Assembly: GCF_032062105.1 (NCBI RefSeq)
Contig: NW_026933545.1
Coordinates: forward strand, 186,001-250,000
DNA length: 64,000 nucleotides
DNA from: Saccostrea cucullata
Lineage: Eukaryota
Direction of reading: 5' to 3'
Part shown: positions 40,641 through 55,038 of the stretch, one piece after another
How the letters are laid out: each line of letters starts with the position of its first letter
How positions within the stretch are numbered: the first letter of the stretch is position 1
Made by a program: the position numbers and the translations under genes
Notes under the pieces: generated by a model
Databases searched by the model: none
Seen by the model: the letters and a program-made list of their open reading frames with translations, nothing else
What the model was told of the DNA's origin: nothing

Positions 40641-42470
40641 AATATGATGATAAAAACAGTATTCAAGATATCCTTTCACAAAGATATCACTTTTATTCAA
40701 TGGATAAATTGCAGAATTTCACTGTTGAAAATGTAATAATTGAGATTATTATACCTCATTATAAATATTCTAAACAACGCGTTATCTGATTGGTTCTAGG
40801 TTATATATAAACGACACGCTTTTCATCATATTCCACCTCTTCGGAGTACAGTGTATTTTCCCGCAATATAGTTCTCGTTCGTTGAACCGGTCACACCACA
40901 ATAGCCTGCGTTCTCTTTGTCATGATCAGTGTGCAAACAAAATAATGGCCTAACAATTTGTTTAAAAAACGACAATTTATTAAAAACTATCCATTTGAAA
41001 ATTAAAAAAAAGGACCTATTTGCCATGAAGGTCTCACATCCACTGCGTGCTCTTTGTCAGGATTAAAAATTTTAAAAAGGTTGTTTTATCAAAATTTTTG
41101 GGTTGTTCTTATTTTGTTCATACTTTGTACAAATTGCATAGCATTTACATGTATATTGTTTGTGTTGTTTAAATTCTAATATTAGTATCTTGTTTAACAA
41201 CAAATGAGAAGATCTGTTATGGTCTTGGTAATATAATTAAGTGATATGCACCCTTGTAATACTAAGAGTGCAATTTTAAGAATCTGTTGAATTTCTTCAT
41301 TTGATCTAAACACTGCATTACCATATTGACAGAAATTGTTTTCTCTTCAATACATAGATGATCACTTATAAAAATTATTCCACATGTTTTAAACGATGTC
41401 ATAAACAATGTTGTTTGTCAAAGTTTAACATGACAGGAACTCTAATTTTAGGTAACATTATATATATAAATAACAGCAAAATTTCAGCGAGAGAAGTAAA
41501 TTACTTTATTTATAAACTTTGATTGATGAAATTTTAAGAACATATTATCCAGGTTTCAGTTTCACGAATCTTCATGCACTAATCCCGTGTTATTTTTGGA
41601 AACAAATTGACATCTTTAAAAGCTTAAAAGAGACGTGCCTACCAATTCTTGGCTAATGGCCTAGTCCTACAATGGTATTTGACATAAAACTCATTTCTGT
41701 TACCTATTTATAAAATATATCTATAAAATTAAAAAATACAGAACTCCTAATTGCTTTGATCTTTTGAACTTTTCTTTCTTAATTTTTTTTTTGAGGACTA
41801 ATTGCAGGAATTCAAAATCAAATTATATAAAAGGTTATAAGAAAAGAGCACGTATGATTTTTTTTTCTTGGTCATAAAATTACTTTAAAAATAAATCCAT
41901 CAGAAATAAAGATTTATTTAGGGAGAAAAGAGTTCATCTTAGAAGATCAACGAAATGCAGTTTGGGTCTGCTGAAACATTGTAATTTGTATGTATTTTTT
42001 TTAAAAAGGTAATGTATAACTCTTGCAATTCAAAATAAAAATGAAAGAAAGATTTTTTGTTATTTTATGAGAAAATTCCAATCAATTTCCTCGTGTATAT
42101 TACAGCATAATATTTCCTCACAAATTATTTTCATTTTATAAGCTGTAAATTTCGATGTTTCCATCTCACGATTTTATTTCTTTGTTCTTCAGAATAGGTA
42201 GCGCTCAACGAAATATAACATAGAGAGAAATCTAATGCGAAGTTGTTTCAGAGAAATGAAGCATTAAAACTAAAGCGATAGATATGACAAGTATCTCCTG
42301 TATCAAAAACTTAAGCTTGTTCACTTTATGACTCGATTTATCAAAAATGTCATTTTGTCGTGTTTTCTGTGATTTCAAATATTACACGATTATCACCGAA
42401 TACTCCTCAGTACTAGTGTTTGTTTGGTTTGGTATTCAGCGTCGGCGAGAGAGGATATTATTTTTAAGTT

Positions 42471-45158
42471 ATGAGGAAAATTTTCTTTCTTTTTCTTAAT
42501 ATAACAAGTGAGTTGTTTTTTAAATATCTTGAAGATTTTCTTTTCATATTTTGATTTCAAACAAAAACATCTAATAATAATATTAACAAACTGAAAATGA
42601 AAAAAAAATACATATAATATTTAAAAAAAGCAATCCAACCAAAATTATGATAGTAATCTTCATCGCAAGAACTACTTTGTAGTATACCAATTTATTACAC
42701 ACATTTCTATAATCTAGGGACGTGTAAAATAAATCGCACAAAATGGGGCAGGGTAGGGTGGAATCTAATTCACATCGAATAAGAATATTGCCGAAAGCCA
42801 GGTTTCTCCACAAGTAATTGCTCTGAAAATTTTTGCTACTGATTTTTGGCGGAATTATACTTGCATGCTGATTTACTTTGCTTTTATATAGGAATAGTAT
42901 GTCAGTTTGGAAGTAGCGATTTCTACTCTCTGTCCCCCTTTGAACGCAGTGCGTTTGAGGGTGTGCCAGGAATCCCAGGAGACCAGCTATATAAAATGGC
43001 AGGTAAAAACGAGGTCGTTAAAATGCTCTAACGGCAATAATTTGTTTTCCCTTTTTTCTTGGCTAATAAAAAACTTTAAAACTTTTCAAAACCTTCTGGT
43101 ATATGTTTAATTTATGATACCGTGCATTTATCCACAGACGGTTCTGTTTCTGATGCTATGAAGTTGAGAGCAAGATTAGCCATGTCTGCTGGTGGAGCTC
43201 AACCTGCACCCATTGCAATGCCAAGTGGTGCTGCGCCGGTTGTACCAATTACCGTATCAACAGGTGGCACTGCCTCAGTGACGCAACCAGTTGCCAGGGG
43301 TCGTGCTGCACACAGTGTACCGTTAACCATTGCTAGTCCTCCAGTGTTAGGAGGCGCCCCCACCCAGATTCCATCTTTCTATGCCTTACTGCAACCACAG
43401 TCCATGGGGGCATCGCAACTGGCATATATGCCACCAGCTTACCCAAATCGGGGCATGAATTACAACATGGCCACCTGGGCCTTTATTGGTAATTAAAACT
43501 TTTCCTTTTTCTTAAGATTCTATCAGTGTTTTTTTCCAAATAGAATACATGCAGAATTCCTTACATGATTCCCTTCATATTTAAAATTTACCTTTAAAAC
43601 AAAGTTGGCTGCTTTTTTAGTACCCCATGATGTCATGAAGATAGGTGAGAAGAACTACTGGTTTTCCTCTCAATCTCTTAACTCCAAGACTTAGTCTTAA
43701 GTTTTCAATGAATGGCAAGGAATCTCTTAAAAGTGATGAATGTTCTAGAACTTTAAGCAAGTACACATGAAAATGTCAAGGTCATGCTAAATTATGTTCC
43801 CCAAACGAAGTTGGGGAACATATTGTTTTTACTCTGTTTCTTATTATTATTATTATTTTTCTTCTTCTTCTTCTTCCTGGAACTTTTTTGTCCGGGAATG
43901 ATCTTGTAAACTGTTCGTCCGATGTATAAAACCTTTTTAGGGTTAGTACATGTTATGTAGATTTGCGGAATCAAGGTCATTTTGCGCGCACGTGCTTGCA
44001 AGAGCGTGCACGTGCAACACGTGAAATGACCAATATAATAGATATAGCCACAACTGTTCTATTTTTAGATGAAATGCTTTGAAACTCATAATGTGAAGAT
44101 ATATTAGTAGTATAGACATGACGACATGATGAAAATAGCAAGATCTCACGCGCATGCACGTGCACTTCGCTCTGATTGGCTGCAACTAAAGTCTCAATAT
44201 CTTTCTTGTTTTTTGACGAAATCCTTTGAAATTTTGAACATAGTCATGCATTAGGATATCCTACAACATGAAATAAAGCAATTATCATGAAAACACGTGC
44301 ATGCACGTGCGCTGCAATCTGATTGGCTGAAACTTTAAACAGCTATAACTCCCTCAACCAAACAGGATGGAACTGGTCACCATGCACATTACAACATGTG
44401 CTGCAATCTGATTGGCTGAAACTTTAAACAGTCTTAGTTTTCACCCAAACGGGGTGGAATTTAGAACATAGATAGATGTAATGGACTTCTACAAGAAGGT
44501 ATGGTCACCATGCTCATGTATGCACGTGTGTGCACGTGAAATGAGTAAAATCAAACATACACTTGAATAAGAGTATTTTTTAAATAATTTTGGATTAAAT
44601 ACTTTAATATTCAGTGTATTAAAGATATAGATTGTGTAGACAAGATGATATGGTCATGACGCAAATGCATTCACATGTGCACGCGTGCAATGCTAAAGTT
44701 TAAATGATTTTTGTACACTTCTTTGTAAATGTTGTTAAAATCTCAGATGCATAGATTTTTGTCTTATTTAATGAAGCTTACAGGGAATATGGCACCAAAA
44801 GGGAGTTGGGGAGTGTCAAGGTCATGTTACAATTAGCACTAGTTTTAATCTGGTTTTAGAGATGCATATAATATACAACTCTGGTAGTTCATAACTGGAG
44901 AATATACTTGGCACAAAGATAGCTTATAGCCAGATGTTGTCAATACCTTGAAACAAGGACATTTGAGCAGAGTCAAGGTCACATAAGAAATGCACACTTT
45001 GTCCTCATTTGAACTGGGTCATGTTACACTTTACAAGGGCATCTTGATACATAATCAATTTGCAAACAATTCATGCAACCATTCTGTCTTTTCTGTCAAA
45101 ATTTCTATTTCATAACAATGTATATGTATTAATTTATAAAAATTCTCTTTCAGATTAA
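42471..45158 (+). CDS. Small secreted P/A/G/S-rich orphan protein (167 aa)
   Basis: Phase-1 exons: 42471-42507 (MRKIFFLFLNIT, gtgagt donor), 42892-43002, 43138-43488 and 45154-45158 (D-stop). AATAAA at about 45224. The first exon is the least certain. Confidence 0.65.
43792..44700 (-). mobile_element. HINE/DINE-like element in intron
   Basis: Hairpin atgttccccaa-acgaag-ttggggaacat, (ATT)n(CTT)n microsatellite, and repeated tgcacgtg / ctgattggctg units. Confidence 0.65.
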
Positions 45159-46197
45159 ACAAAGACCAGGAAACCTAACTTGTGTATTTTCAATATCTGA
45201 TACACTGTACAAGTTTAAAGTAAAATAAAAGAGGTTTATCAATATTTTTAGTATTCTGGTATTTCAAAGAAGTAAAAAATGGTCTCTTGATTTCCAAAAA
45301 TGAAGTGTGGTGAATATTAAAACCAGTAGGTATATCAAAATATAAACGAACGTGCTAGTTTTTTGCAGAAGTTTAATACATATACAGATCATTTTCTTCT
45401 TTCATACATGAAGTTTTTGATAGCCCTTTTTCTGAATCAAAAAATGAAATTTTCAAACATTTAATGACTCTAATATGATGAATTGCTGCAAGGGAGAAAG
45501 TCATTAGCAGGGGGAAAAATTATGTAAGTATTGAGTTAATTAGTACAGCAAAAGCAGTCATAAAAATAAAGATGAATTTTCCATTCATACAAAAAAAGTT
45601 ATTTAAGCTTAACAGTACATTCTTCTGCCCTGCATGTCAAAATATTACAATCCACTCAATAAATCACTCAACTTTTATAAAGTCTCTATGCAAAACACTT
45701 AACAATTTCCATACACACCAAACACTCAATAAGTATCATGTGAATGACAAATTTCTGCCCAGAAAATCTCTCAGAAGTGATACAAACGACGTGAAATACA
45801 ATAAAGAGAGCACCTTTTTTTCTGAAACATACAAAGCACAAGTAACAAGTTATTTGCAAATTGTGAAAACTACTTTCTTTGCTTTACGAATCTGGCAAAA
45901 AACAAAGTAGCAAAGAAATGCAAACATGTAACAGCCTAAAAGATTTCTGATACAGAGAAGATAACCATTGTGACATTAAAAGCACTACAGTTTATGAACA
46001 AGATATAAATACTGAAATTTATGTACAAATATTAAGGTGTTTTTCAAGTAAGAAGGAAAAAAGATTCCAATAAATTACAGTAGAATTTTCTTTCACTCAG
46101 TGTCTGAGATGGCAGTGGCACTTCCCATATATACATGCATTGCTGCTGATGTAATGCCATTTATCAGATTGTGTCTTTCTGCAGCATTTTATGCTGT

Positions 46198-49100
46198 CTA
46201 CCAAAGATGAGATTCATGTTGGGGCATTCGCACCACCCCCACCCCTCCACCTAACCTGCGATAGTTCATTCCTCCACACAATTTCCAGCAGTTTGCCTCT
46301 GAATCGTACACTTCTATTGTCTTTAAATATGTTGTCCCATCAAAGCCTCCAATGGCCATAAGTTGTCCATTTACAACTGCTAATCCAACCTGCAGGGAGA
46401 GAAAAATTATCAATGAGTAAAAAATTCACAATACAAGTCAGAAATTGTCATTTCTTTTTATTAACAAACACACTAAGATAAGCTGTGTGATGATGAAGAG
46501 GTACTTTTTTCTGAATGATATTAATTTAAGCTACCATGTCTTGAATTTTCTGCTTAAACTTGTCAAGACATTCTTAAAGGTACATTTGATGCATATCGTG
46601 GCAATCTAAGAAATCTGCATCATTTTCTACGCATGTATTGAAAAAAAATTGTGATTACATAAAATAATTACTCCATGGAAAAAATTACCTGGTATATTTA
46701 CAATATTTCAAAATGATATAATTATGTATATTCCACTTAAAATGAGATAAATGTGATGCATGGATTAGTAAAGAAGTTACAGAATGGCAGATTTTAAATA
46801 AAACACTTACCCCACTCCTCCGTGATGTCATGGCAACTACTGCCTGCCACGTATTAGTTTGGGGGTTGTATCGCTCTGCACTGCTTAACTCAGTCGTGTC
46901 GTCTCTCCCTCCCACTGCATAGATCATATTGTTATACACAGCCACTCCAAGGTGTTTACGTCTCGTGCCCATGGGAGAAACGGGTGTCCATCGATTGCTA
47001 CGAGGGTCATATCTCTCAACTGTTTGGAAAAGTCAGTATAGAATGTACTAACAGAAAATTTACACCATGAATAATGAGCATGTACTAAGCCATACACTAG
47101 AGAAACCTGCTAAAAATTAGCCATTCCTATTGAATAATAAGCCAAACAGTTTGTTCTACATTGTACTACCATTCAGACATCATTTACAATACTAAAGGTA
47201 CAGTTTTCTTTTGTATTGTCGGTCAATATGAGAATTTACCGGCATCAAACTTTTTGTCTATTTACATATCTTCAATAGTTGGAGCCGTATTTCAATAATC
47301 ATTTCAGTTCTATATTGATTACCACCTACCTGTGTTTAGTGGGGATGTCCCGTCTGAACCCCCAACAGCATATAAATATCCTCCCAAAACAGCCACCCCC
47401 ACTCCTAACCTCCTGGTACTCATAGACGCAACCTTGGTCCACTTATTCAGTTGTGGATCATACCTATTAGGCAAAACAGAAAAACATGCTATGAATTGAG
47501 CATATTTTAACATTGCTTTTTTTTTTAAATGATGATTTTTTTAAACAATGCATCAACTAGTGCAATATACATTTTTTTTTTTTGATATAAAAACAAACTA
47601 TCAAACACATCTAATAAATGCAATCCTACAATATTAGTAAAAGGCCTTATGCTAATTTCCCCCTTTTTTGTTGTAGCAGAGAAAATGAAATTTTTTTACC
47701 ATGCAAGGCAAAATTTCAGGAGAAATGATTTATTAAAGAGTTATCTCTCTCAGGAAAGGGTAACTCCTCCTTAATTCACATCAAAGTCAAGGAACGTTGA
47801 CCACAAATAGCTATTATTATTCTTAAAAATTTCCATACCTCTCTACAAAGTTTAGACAGGAGACCCCGTCTTGGCCCCCCACTGCATACATGTAATTGTC
47901 CAGTACTGCCACACCCACACTGGTCCGACAGGAGCTGGTGGGGGCTACATCACCACTCCACTGGTTTGTCTGAGGGTCAAACCTAGGAAAAAAACAGACA
48001 CTTTAATCAAAGCTGAAATACAGAACAATTTTATGATACATAGAATGAAACTTCAAAATTTTAGTCCAAAATTACATAATATGCAAAAGCCCTCAAACCA
48101 TGTATTATATTTTACTAATATTTACGTTTGAGTGTCATTCAGTGATTTTATTAAAATAAGTATTTTTTATTATAAGGGCGCGCAAGTGAGTTAAGGCTAC
48201 GCAGGAGTTTTCTGTGCAAAATAATTAAGTAAGACCCATTATTGCTATACATACCGCAAAGAAAATGTTAAGACTTGTTTTCTAATACATTATTGGTACC
48301 CACGATATGCGATAGCCAGTACACATTATGATGTCATCGACCTTTACTACAGAAGTTTATAAAAAACATCAACAAAATCGCTTCGGCGCAAGGGCATACC
48401 TTACTTTGTTTTACAGAAACAAGGTGTAAAGAAAAGCAGAATATTCCAAAGATTTAAGATATTGCTCCACAAATGTCGACACTGCAATTGTTTAATTACT
48501 ATTTGCACAGTTCTAAGTTGAAACAGGGTAAAAATGTACAGTCCACCGTAAGTTTAGTAAAATTTTCATTGATTGAAGAAGAGGATAGGATTTGTGCAGC
48601 AATTTTACTAATTTTAAGAATATTTTTCTTAATATTATACTTTATTTATTTTAAATTAAATAGGATATGCCCTTGCGCCAACGTTGTTTTGTTGATGTGT
48701 TTCATTACCTTGAATGGGAAAGAACTATGACGTCATAATATGACGTCATAATGTGCACTTACAATGATATACTATGGGTACTTAGTATGTATAAGAAAAT
48801 CAATTTGAACTTTCTCTGTACATAACAGATACAATTTATGCATTTTTATTAGCTCATTTGCATAGAAAACCCATATCTCGCCTTAACTCACTTGCGCGTA
48901 CAAAAGTTTGAATATTCAAACACAGAGGAATTACGGTAATGTAAATTAAATGAAAAATTAACACAAGAAATTTCTGCAATTTATAAAAATTACCAAACTA
49001 AACAGTACATGTAAATTACCTTTCAATACTGTTTAGATAGGATTGCCCATCGTGTCCTCCAACGGCATACAAAAGGTCATTTAAAACAGCAACTCCCACC

Positions 49101-52100
49101 CCACACCGCCGCTTAGACATCGGTGCCACCATACGCCACTCACTGGTCTGGGGATCAAACCGCTCCACACTAGATATGGCATCACCACTACACCAACCTC
49201 CAACTAAGTTTAGGGAAAAAAAATACAAGAAGAGAAAAAATTGAGTGCTTTGTTTTTCATTGGATATGTCAACTTATAGATTAAGGCCTAGAAAAGCAAC
49301 AGAGAGGGTATCATATTTCTTTTATTAATGTGTTATTATTATTGAAATTTATCACTCAAAGATTTGAAGGGCACTGCTCCCTTACCTGCAAATAAAACCT
49401 CTCCACATCTGATTGGTTTACGGGGGCGAGTTCTAGGACCCTGCATGAGGGGTCGCTCCTGGGGTAAAAGTAGGTAATTTTTAGCTTCATCCACTAAGTC
49501 TCTACATGTGTCATCACTCTTTATCAATAATTCAGACCCCACTGTTCCTACCAGGAATTTGGGGCTCATTAAGGGAAGACGGACATGCTGGACCACCTAT
49601 AGTTGCAAAAGATTTCTTTTTTAAAATTTCCATACCTCTCTACATAAAAAAAGAAATTAAATCACTACATGTACATCTTTATGTATTTTTTCTCTGATAA
49701 TTTAATATTAACATGGGCAAACTCAAAAATATCAAAGAAGTTGAGATCAGGAAGCTAGGATTCCATTTCATAATACATTCATGACAGCTAATTCTGACAA
49801 GTTCCTTTCCCCAAATATTCGACACATACATAACTGGAGTTCAACTTTGACTACGAGATCTGCAAATTAACAAATATGCAGAGCTTTAATTTACATGATG
49901 CAATGATTGACACTTACTACTGGTAGATGTGTTCGCCTCTCTCCAATGTTGAACTTGACCCAGTTGACGACTGCGTTATACACCTGTTCTTCACTGCGTA
50001 CGTTCAGTTCGTCGCTGGAGATAATGTCCACCAACTGATTGACCGGAAGCAGCATAAACTCCTCACTCTCCATCACCTGTTATGTTAGAAATAGAAATTT
50101 TACAACTCTCAGAAGGAATTAAAGATAATTTACTTTCAACCCTGGAGGCATATCAAATTTGTTTTTTTTTTTCATTAATAAAAGACAAGTGGACAGAAAA
50201 GGGTGGAGTAGAGAGAACAAGAGGGAGAGAGAGAGAGGAAGAAGTTACTCTGGCATGACAAACTATAAGAGAAATTTCAAATTATTTTACCTCTTGAAAA
50301 TTATGTTGAGTAAATTTGTCAGCAATTCTTAACAAATCCCTGCATGCATGAGTGTCAGCAAAGGCTCTGATACCCAGGCAGTTAGAGGGATCTAATTGTC
50401 TCTTCAGAAACTCACAACACACATCCTGTATCTCCGCCAGCTGTAACAGACAGGCTGCGGGGAGGAGGGTCTGAACATTTCCCTCCTCCACTGTAATGTT
50501 AGAGGTATAACAGAAGTCTATTAACAGCTCCATGGCCGTCTCATCAATGTCTCTGATGGTCACTTCTGTCTGTCTGCTCTCGGCCAGCTCTCCCGTGAAC
50601 ATGGCGTGGAAGTACGGACTACAGGCAGACAAGATGACGCGGTGAGCGAAGATCTTTTTAGCTCCGACAATAAGGACGACATCACACAATTCACGGTGTT
50701 TACGTAAGACGTTGATTGCCTCCAGGGTGTGTCTGGGGTGTTTGTCCGAGGTGTAGGCTAGTCGGGCCGGGGAGGGGGGTCGGTCCATGCCAGATTGAAT
50801 CAGGTCAGCTGTCTGTAGCTCTCGACTGCATGAAGAGAGAAAAAACAATGAAGTTAATAGGATGAAGTAATAAATACAATGACAATATTCAATAATAAAA
50901 ACTAAAATAATCATTTTTGGAAAAACTAATTGAAATTTTTCAACTAATATTTTAAGAAATATCAAAAACAAAGATAACTGCTGAAATTAAAAATCAAATT
51001 TCAATTTTTTTCCTTTGTATAAGCTACAGAAAATAATTCAGAATTTAGTTTTTAAAACTTTCTTTTAAAAATAATATAAATATATTTACAAAAAAACTAG
51101 AAAAATAAAGGATTTAAAATGGTTGTACAGTTTTTTCCTCCTGCATTTTTTCTTTGGTAGAAATGTTACTCTACATCTGAAAAGGAATTCTTGGGGTGGC
51201 ATGATCAACCCTCCTGAATATGGTTATTATTTGGGGGTATATTCCTCTTTATATATATATCATACACCTGGAATAGCTATCAAGGTTTACTCAAATCTTT
51301 TGTTGGTACTGCAATCAAATTACAGTTACCCATGTTTGAACAACAATATAAATTATAAACAAACAGGGTGATTACTCCCACACTTAAAAAGCAATTAAAA
51401 ACATTAAAAGGGAGATAATAAGTTTGTTTGATAACTCCTGTGGAGTAAATTGCTATGTGTGAAAAACTGACAAATGTCATTACACAAAATATAAAGACAA
51501 GTGAGGATTCATTCAATTAATTACAAAACTATGATAATCATGGATATAACTGATATAATTAATCAAAATTATCAAAAGGTTAGAAAAATTAACACCTGAA
51601 TAATTGTGCATGCAATGGATTTTTTTACTTTTAAAATTTAAATATTTCAATCTTTAGTCTTTGATTTATTATTCACCTTTAAATAGATTACTAGGAATTA
51701 CATGTCTGTCAACATAAATAAGACCCTAAAAATTAAATGTCATTTTTACTTATTCATACATAAATAATAATTACAAGCCAAAAATATATTACAAATTTGT
51801 TCTTATTCAGAAGAAAAAGCTCAGGTATTTAATATTTGTCATATCTGAGAAATCTGTGTAGTCAATACAAAGTCTCTAAGATAGTAAGATCACATGCTTT
51901 TTTAATTAATACCTGTTGTGATATCTGGGTTTGGTGAGAGCCAGCTGTCAATGGTGGTCAAGTACAGGTAACACTCAGTGAACGATAATCAATGATTTTC
52001 CATATAATTAGGAGGATATATTTAAGGAATAACTATCTTAATTTTTGGTTTCATGATGTGATCAATCGAGCAGCTTGCATGATAATTTGCATAAATGCCA

Positions 52101-53384
52101 AGTCGATCAATTGATCATTAGCATGAAATCAAAAAATGTGACAGTTATTCCTTATATTTACATGCTCTTGATTCTGCAAATCCATGTGCTTGAAGCCCCG
52201 CTTCTGTCACTATTTGTCCCGCCCCACAAGTGATCTTTTTTACCCCGCCTATCAATGAACCAGTACATTTATGTAGAAATAAAGTACATTAACTATTTGT
52301 AATTTTATCTCGGACAAAGACATTGGAAATGTAAATATTTATATAACAGTGTTGTACTTTGCATGCACTATGCCTAAATAGTAGTCAGGGTTTGACACAT
52401 GGTGCTTGAGCTGGAGGCTAGTGCACTATGTGTCAAACCCTGACTACTATTTAGGCACAGTGCATGCAAAGTAAAACACTATTATTATTATGCTGACTGT
52501 TGTTATGAATAAACACGGCAATATTTTCTCCATTCCCAATGTTTCATCACCTCTTACATTCGTCTACTCTATTATGACGTCACCTTGTGCAACATGTATG
52601 TCATAATCTTTTTCTTTAATTTTGAACGTTCCATGCTTTAGGTATAATTACAGGTAGTTTTAGAGAATATTAGTTGAGTGAAGGGAGGAAAATTGCAAGA
52701 AACTATTTTAGAAGAATTATTTTAGTTTTCATCTTAAGTGTAAAATATTTGAAACTAATTAAGTTTATAAATATTATAGTACAATGTTATAGATAACAGC
52801 GTCTGTGGCATAATTAGTAGGGCGTTGGACTGACAATCTCGGGGTAGAGAGTTTGCTCCCCGGTATGGGCCCTGTTGGATTTTCTTCACAAAATGAAGCC
52901 ATGCATTATTTAGACATAGTATGCTTATGCTATATATATAAATCCTTAGAACACTATGCGATAATAGTTGGGTATGGGTATATAGAGACAAACTGACAGG
53001 AAGCATAATAAATATTGAAAATGTTAGAAATTTTAAAGTTGTTTTGCTATATATTAATCTGAACTCAAATTAAGATACCTAAAAGGACAAATTTTTAACA
53101 ACTGAGGTACCGGTAGTCAAAACGGTCGGAAGTTGTTTTTTAGAGGAAACACTGAATAAATGTTAACACAAGCTTCCTTTAAATTTTAATTATTTAAGAA
53201 TTTTGCCATTATAACCCTGACATACAGTCAAGTTTATAATTGATTGCTCAAAGAGAAAAATTCACTTATTAGACCTTCAATATGGCTAGCAATGGGAAAT
53301 AACTCTTGCTAAATTCAAGCCTATCATAAACTATCTACTAGCCCATTCACAATAATTGTGCTACTACTCTTTTGCAGGGAAAAC

Positions 53385-53420
<36 letters not shown>

Positions 53421-55038
53421 CAACTTGGATGATGAAGTTCTTTACCAGATTTCCCCTCTTGCTATACCTATTGTGCCCTCCCTACCCCCTCCCCTTTCAT
53501 GATTTTCATACTTTAGAATCTACACTACCCCAGGATGCTTTCACATAAGTTTCAGCTTTCCTGGCCCAGTGGTTGAGAAGAAGATTTTTAAAGATTTGTT
53601 CTATATATTTCTATGTAAAACTTGGATTCCCTATTGTTGCCCTGCCCTACCCCCGGGGGTCATGATTTTAACAATTTAATATTACACTACCCAAAGATGC
53701 TTCCACATAAGTTTCAGCTTTCCTGGCCCAGTGGTTCTTGAGAAGAAGATTTTTAAAGACTTGTTCTATATATTTCTATGTAAAACTTGGATTCCCTATT
53801 GTGGCCCCGCCCTATCTACACTACCCAAAGATGCTTCCACATAAGTTTCAGCTTTCCTGGACAAGTGGTTCTTGAGAAGAAGATTTTTAAAGATTTATTC
53901 TATATATTTCTATGTAAAACTTGGAAATGAACCTTTTTGAGATTGTATATGCTTTTTATTCCATAAAATCCATATAAAAACTGAATTTCAACAATTTTTT
54001 CTCAATGTTTTTTCTTGCTTCAAATTAACCTGCCATGTTTATGTTAATTTGGAAATCTATGGATTGTTTGTAGTAAATGCACTGAAAGTTAGTTATCGCA
54101 AATTTTTATTTTGCTACATTGCCAATACACAGAACTAATTCTATTGTTAAACCAGGTCCGTAGGGAAATATCATTTTATTAACAATAGAACATTCTATCT
54201 AGATGCTCAGCTCTAGGATAGATAAAAAGATATGCTCAAAGAAAAATGAGAGCTTTGCTAGAGGTAGATAGAATGTTCTACTGTTAAAATGCTACATGTA
54301 ATTGTCCTACGGACCCAGCGTAACAATAGAATTCCTTCTGTGTATTCCTAATGAAGCAAAAGAAACATGGGCGATAACTCATACTCAGTGCATTTACTAC
54401 GAACAATCCAGAGAGTTCAGAATGTAAACATGGCAGATAAATTTGAAGCGAGAAAAACCGTTGAGAAAATTAGTTGAATTTTCATTTTCATATGGATTAT
54501 TTTTTGGGATAAAAGGCTTATACAAACTCAAAAAGGTTCTTTTTAATAATTTGGTTATTTTCATCCCAATCCCTTTTATATTCTTCAAAATCATTTTGCA
54601 GCGGATCTGCTCTTGATTTGCTACATTGCAAGTATATGGGACTTATTCTAACTGTGGTGAGGGCTTGTCCCGAATCACAGTTTAATTATTATAATGATGC
54701 TAGAGGTAGGCCTAAAATAATTTTTTTTACTAACTTTATGCTAATTTCAGCTAAAAAATAAAATCTTCTGTTAAGCTTTATGTGCCTGCCACCATATTTC
54801 CTACTCGATGGTCCTTTTTTTTAACTTGCATATTTTATTCTTCACTGTAAAATAAAATCAAATAAAAATATGGAAATATATCGCATCAGGGCACAAATAG
54901 AAAGATACGCATAGAATCAGAAGAAAAGGTTTTGTCTCAGCCCAAGCACTTGACATCTAGCAGCTGATGAATGAGATGATTCATTAATGAAGTAAGTAAA
55001 TCCAGTAAAATGCATTAATTATTAACTTACCATGCCAT
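46198..55038 (-). CDS. KLHL20: Kelch-like protein 20 (BTB-BACK-6 Kelch CUL3 adaptor; diablo ortholog), about 591 aa
   Basis: Exons: 55038-55031, 50825-50291, 50076-49918, 49596-49386, 49203-49020, 47982-47839, 47463-47330, 47019-46811 and 46389-46198. [26 protein letters not shown] and the C-terminal HESHLW match KLHL20. The 8-nt first exon is inferred from phase. Confidence 0.95.
48179..48898. mobile_element. MITE with long imperfect TIRs in a KLHL20 intron
   Basis: cgcgcaagtgagttaaggc / gccttaactcacttgcgcg, with internal mirror ggcgcaagggcata / tatgcccttgcgcc. Confidence 0.85.
52023..52154. repeat. Imperfect palindrome
   Basis: taaggaataact..tttttggtttcatga / gcatgaaatcaaaaa..agttattcctta. 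Confidence 0.75.
52343..52485. repeat. Near-perfect ~65-bp-arm hairpin
   Basis: actttgcatgcact.tgcctaaatagtagtcagggtttgacacat / atgtgtcaaaccctgactactatttaggca.agtgcatgcaaagt. Confidence 0.9.
53386..53925 (+). mobile_element. Truncated HINE with Cg170-like satellite array
   Basis: Head aacaagaggcccatgggccacatcgctcacctgagc, then 3 units of tacactaccc..gatgctt.cacataagtttcagctttcctgg..gaagaagatttttaaaga. Confidence 0.85.
53929..54539. mobile_element. ~610-bp palindromic foldback element
   Basis: Mirrored blocks along both ~290-bp arms: gaacctttttgag/ctcaaaaaggttc, gtagtaaatgcactga/tcagtgcatttactac, tagaacattctatcta/tagatagaatgttcta. Confidence 0.85.

Noticed and set aside
42155-42197. Alternative first exon (MFPSHDFISLFFRI) for the small secreted gene
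   Set aside because: Weaker donor (gtagcg) and poorer signal-peptide character than 42471-42507. It cannot be fully excluded.
54960-55000. CTGATGA as a hammerhead ribozyme core
   Set aside because: No correctly placed GAAA or flanking stems.
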